A DNA stretch of 64,000 nucleotides, from NCBI GenBank assembly GCA_050251945.1, contig JBFWLW010000004.1:203821-267820 (forward strand). The letters run 5' to 3'. Below the pieces are notes generated by a model that did no database searches, was not told the origin of the DNA, and saw nothing but the letters and a program-made list of their open reading frames with translations. Numbering within the stretch: the stretch's first letter is position 1; each line of letters starts with the position of its first letter. The DNA comes from Deferribacterales bacterium. GTDB taxonomy: Bacteria; Chrysiogenota; Deferribacteres; Deferribacterales; Geovibrionaceae. Positions 62,080 through 64,000 of the stretch are shown one piece after another. The position numbers and the translations under genes are program-made.

Positions 62080-62255
62080 AGCACGCTGATGCGTGCTCAA
62101 ACTGATGACAAAGTCAGGAAAATGTGAGATCGCGTCGTTGCGTGCGCTCCTCGCGAAGACAAAAAAAGTCTCTGCGAGGGTTTTAACCCTAAGCAGTCTA
62201 ATGCGGGTCTGTGTAAATTTAGTTTGTCAACAACCTGAGCACGCTGATGCGTGCT
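62080..62255. mobile_element. 140-bp MITE-like insertion (62098-62237) with imperfect TIRs and an 18-bp direct repeat
   Basis: AGCACGCTGATGCGTGCT occurs at 62080-62097 and 62238-62255. Element ends CAAACTGATGACAAAGT and (reverse complement) CAGGTTGTTGACAAACT match at 12/17 positions. Confidence 0.65.
62126..62199. repeat. REP-like doublet, copy 7 (inside the MITE)
   Basis: GAGATCGCGTCG...CTCCTCGCGAAGAC then GTCTCTGCGAGGG...AAGCAGTCT. Confidence 0.85.
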
Positions 62256-62284
62256 TAAAATTAGTCTTAATACGTTTTTACAGC

Positions 62285-62686
62285 TTAGTTGCTGCAGTTT
62301 TTGCAGACACCCTGAAGCATCACGGCGATGCGCTCATATTTGTGTCCGCTCTGTGTTTCAGCTTCTTTAAGCATGGGCGCTGTGTCGATATCCATGATAT
62401 CAGAGACCTCCCCGCATTTTGTACAGCAAAGATGTACGTGGTCGCCTATGTTGATTTCATAAACGGGTTTTCTTCCGTGGATGGGAACCTCTCTGAGGAT
62501 GTTTTCCTCAACAAGAATATGTATGTTCTTGTAGATTGTGGCAAGGCTGACGGAGGAATAGACCTCTTTAACCCTCTCGTGCAGGTCTTCTATGCCTGCG
62601 TGTCCCATTTTTCTGATCTCTTCAAGGATGAAGATCCTCTGAGGTGTGACCTTGAGCTCTTTGTCTCTTAAAATTCTGTCGTACAT
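62285..62686 (-). CDS. Fur-family regulator, PerR-like
   Basis: KVTPQR, SLATIYKN, HVHLCCTKCG and CKNC motifs; ATG at 62686 after GGAG. Confidence 0.9.
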   Translation of the reverse strand: MYDRILRDKELKVTPQRIFILEEIRKMGHAGIEDLHERVKEVYSSVSLATIYKNIHILVEENILREVPIHGRKPVYEINIGDHVHLCCTKCGEVSDIMDIDTAPMLKEAETQSGHKYERIAVMLQGVCKNCSN

Positions 62687-62803
62687 TATTATTCTCCGCA
62701 AATAATTAATTAAACCTCGAAAGCCAAGCAAAAAACTTGTATATTGGGTAATAGCTATAATATTCTATGATAATAAAAAATATCAATAGTTTTTTTTGCG
62801 GAG

Positions 62804-63694
62804 ATGACTATGTTTATCAGAATTATAATTCTTTTATCTTTGTTTTTTTATTCTTTTTCCGCATATGCTCAAAAGGCTGTGACGGTGTCCACCACACAGA
62901 TATATGACATCACTAAAAACATTGCCGGCGACGATGTGCGCGTGTCATCAATATTGGCTCCCGGGCAGGATCCGCACACATATACTCCTGTGCCTGCCGA
63001 TATGGATAAGGTTAAATCCAGCGACCTGCTGATCGAGAACGGTTTTCACCTCGAGGGCAAAAACTGGATGAGGTCGCTGGCGATTGACGCGAAAAAGCCT
63101 ATTATCACAGCCACTGACGGAATTCAACCCCTTACCCTTGAGACCGGCGGCGAAAAGATAAAAGATCCCCATTCATGGTTCACCCCCGCGAACGCCGCAG
63201 TGTATGTCAACAACATAACGCGCGCACTCATTAAACTTTCCCCCGAGCATAAAGATAATTTTATAATGCGTGCCAAACTCTATCTTGCACAGCTTCGCGC
63301 ACTTGATTCGTGGATACGCAAAGAAGTGTCGGTGATTCCTCCTGCCAGACGGATACTTGTTACTAACCACGATGCGTTCGGGTATTTTGCCCACGAGTAC
63401 GGATTTGTGAACACTGCGCCTGTTGGCTGGTCTACAGGTGGTGAGGTCGGCGGCGGCGTTACGCCCCAGAGACGCGAGGCGGCGGTGAACTCCATCAGAC
63501 AGCATAACGTCAAGACCATTTTTGTCGAAAGCACTATCAATCCGAAACTCATTCGCGAGATAGCAAAGGATGCGGGAGTCACAGTCGGCGGGACGCTCTA
63601 TTCCGATTCCATGGGCGATGCGGGAACACCCGGCGAAACATACATCGGCATGATGCGCGAGAATGTGTTAAAAATAGTGAGGGGGCTTAGATGA
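62804..63694 (+). CDS. Cluster A-I metal ABC substrate-binding protein (TroA/ZnuA/MntC-like)
   Basis: GQDPHTY, DPHSWF, NHDAFGYF and LYSDS (His/His/His/Asp ligand set). Confidence 0.9.
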   Translation: MTMFIRIIILLSLFFYSFSAYAQKAVTVSTTQIYDITKNIAGDDVRVSSILAPGQDPHTYTPVPADMDKVKSSDLLIENGFHLEGKNWMRSLAIDAKKPIITATDGIQPLTLETGGEKIKDPHSWFTPANAAVYVNNITRALIKLSPEHKDNFIMRAKLYLAQLRALDSWIRKEVSVIPPARRILVTNHDAFGYFAHEYGFVNTAPVGWSTGGEVGGGVTPQRREAAVNSIRQHNVKTIFVESTINPKLIREIAKDAGVTVGGTLYSDSMGDAGTPGETYIGMMRENVLKIVRGLR

Positions 63695-64000
63695 AGTTCT
63701 TACTCACAATTGCCGTATGGATCGTTACTGCGTGCATAGTTCTGTTCTTTTTCGTATACAGAGGCACCCAGCGCACCGAAACCGACCGCACGCAGTTTTC
63801 TGCGGAGCGGGAAATAACTATGGATATCACGACGACTTTTGCTACGGCGAAAGACCCGTTCGCACTTGATATAGGTGAGAAAACGAAAGGATTTTCCGTT
63901 CTTCTGGACGGCAAAAAGATATATGAAACCGACAGCGGCATAGCCAAAGGTGTTCCGCTGGAACTCAAGGCTGCGCACATCACAGACGGAAAACACGAGA
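63691..64000 (+). CDS. Membrane-anchored hypothetical protein (truncated by the window end)
   Basis: Not in the ORF track. ATGA overlap with the SBP stop; MKFLLTIAVWIVTACIVLFFFVYRG... stays open to the edge. Confidence 0.7.
   Translation, partial: MKFLLTIAVWIVTACIVLFFFVYRGTQRTETDRTQFSAEREITMDITTTFATAKDPFALDIGEKTKGFSVLLDGKKIYETDSGIAKGVPLELKAAHITDGKHE

Noticed and set aside
62093-62671. 192-aa plus-strand ORF
   Set aside because: It runs through the MITE/REP and antisense to the Fur-family gene, with no RBS or domain signal.

Overview
Bacterial chromosomal window of moderate GC. The host looks like an anaerobic/microaerophilic diderm, possibly Deferribacterota (inference only). From left to right it contains: (1) an Fe-only nitrogenase operon, anfH-D-G-K-(flavin split-barrel gene)-anfO, on the minus strand with a sigma54 promoter and upstream activator motifs; (2) lrgAB/cidAB with a divergent LysR regulator; (3) a three-gene operon of a group 1a-like [NiFe]-hydrogenase large subunit lacking the C-terminal extension, a Tat-exported small subunit, and a translationally coupled chemoreceptor with a periplasmic CxxCH heme-c motif and a C-terminal CZB domain. 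This is the best candidate for an undescribed system (H2 sensing/taxis). (4) An orphan sigma54 activator divergent from a sigma54-driven chemosensory operon (MCP-STAS-cheY-cheA-MCP-cheW-cheR-cheD, no cheB, CheA with a MshEN-like insert); (5) a FN3 + 5'-nucleotidase-C lipoprotein with a TonB-dependent receptor, exbB-exbD-tonB, and a Fur-boxed catecholate-type siderophore uptake locus; (6) a TetR-controlled efflux system with an RND-TolC fusion, a PAS histidine kinase, an orphan radical SAM enzyme, and rrf2/iscS/mnmA; (7) a ytkA-cusCBA-like copper efflux operon, where a REP-like palindromic doublet is translated in-frame inside the signal peptides of both cusC and cusB; (8) cysK-DUF1847-metI-metC-bioB, a diguanylate cyclase, a 140-bp MITE-like element with an 18-bp target duplication, a PerR-like regulator and a TroA-like metal-binding protein. 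Seven copies of a CGTC-type REP doublet are dispersed through the window. No rRNA, tRNA or CRISPR array was recognised. All family assignments come from motif recognition by eye; no searches were run.
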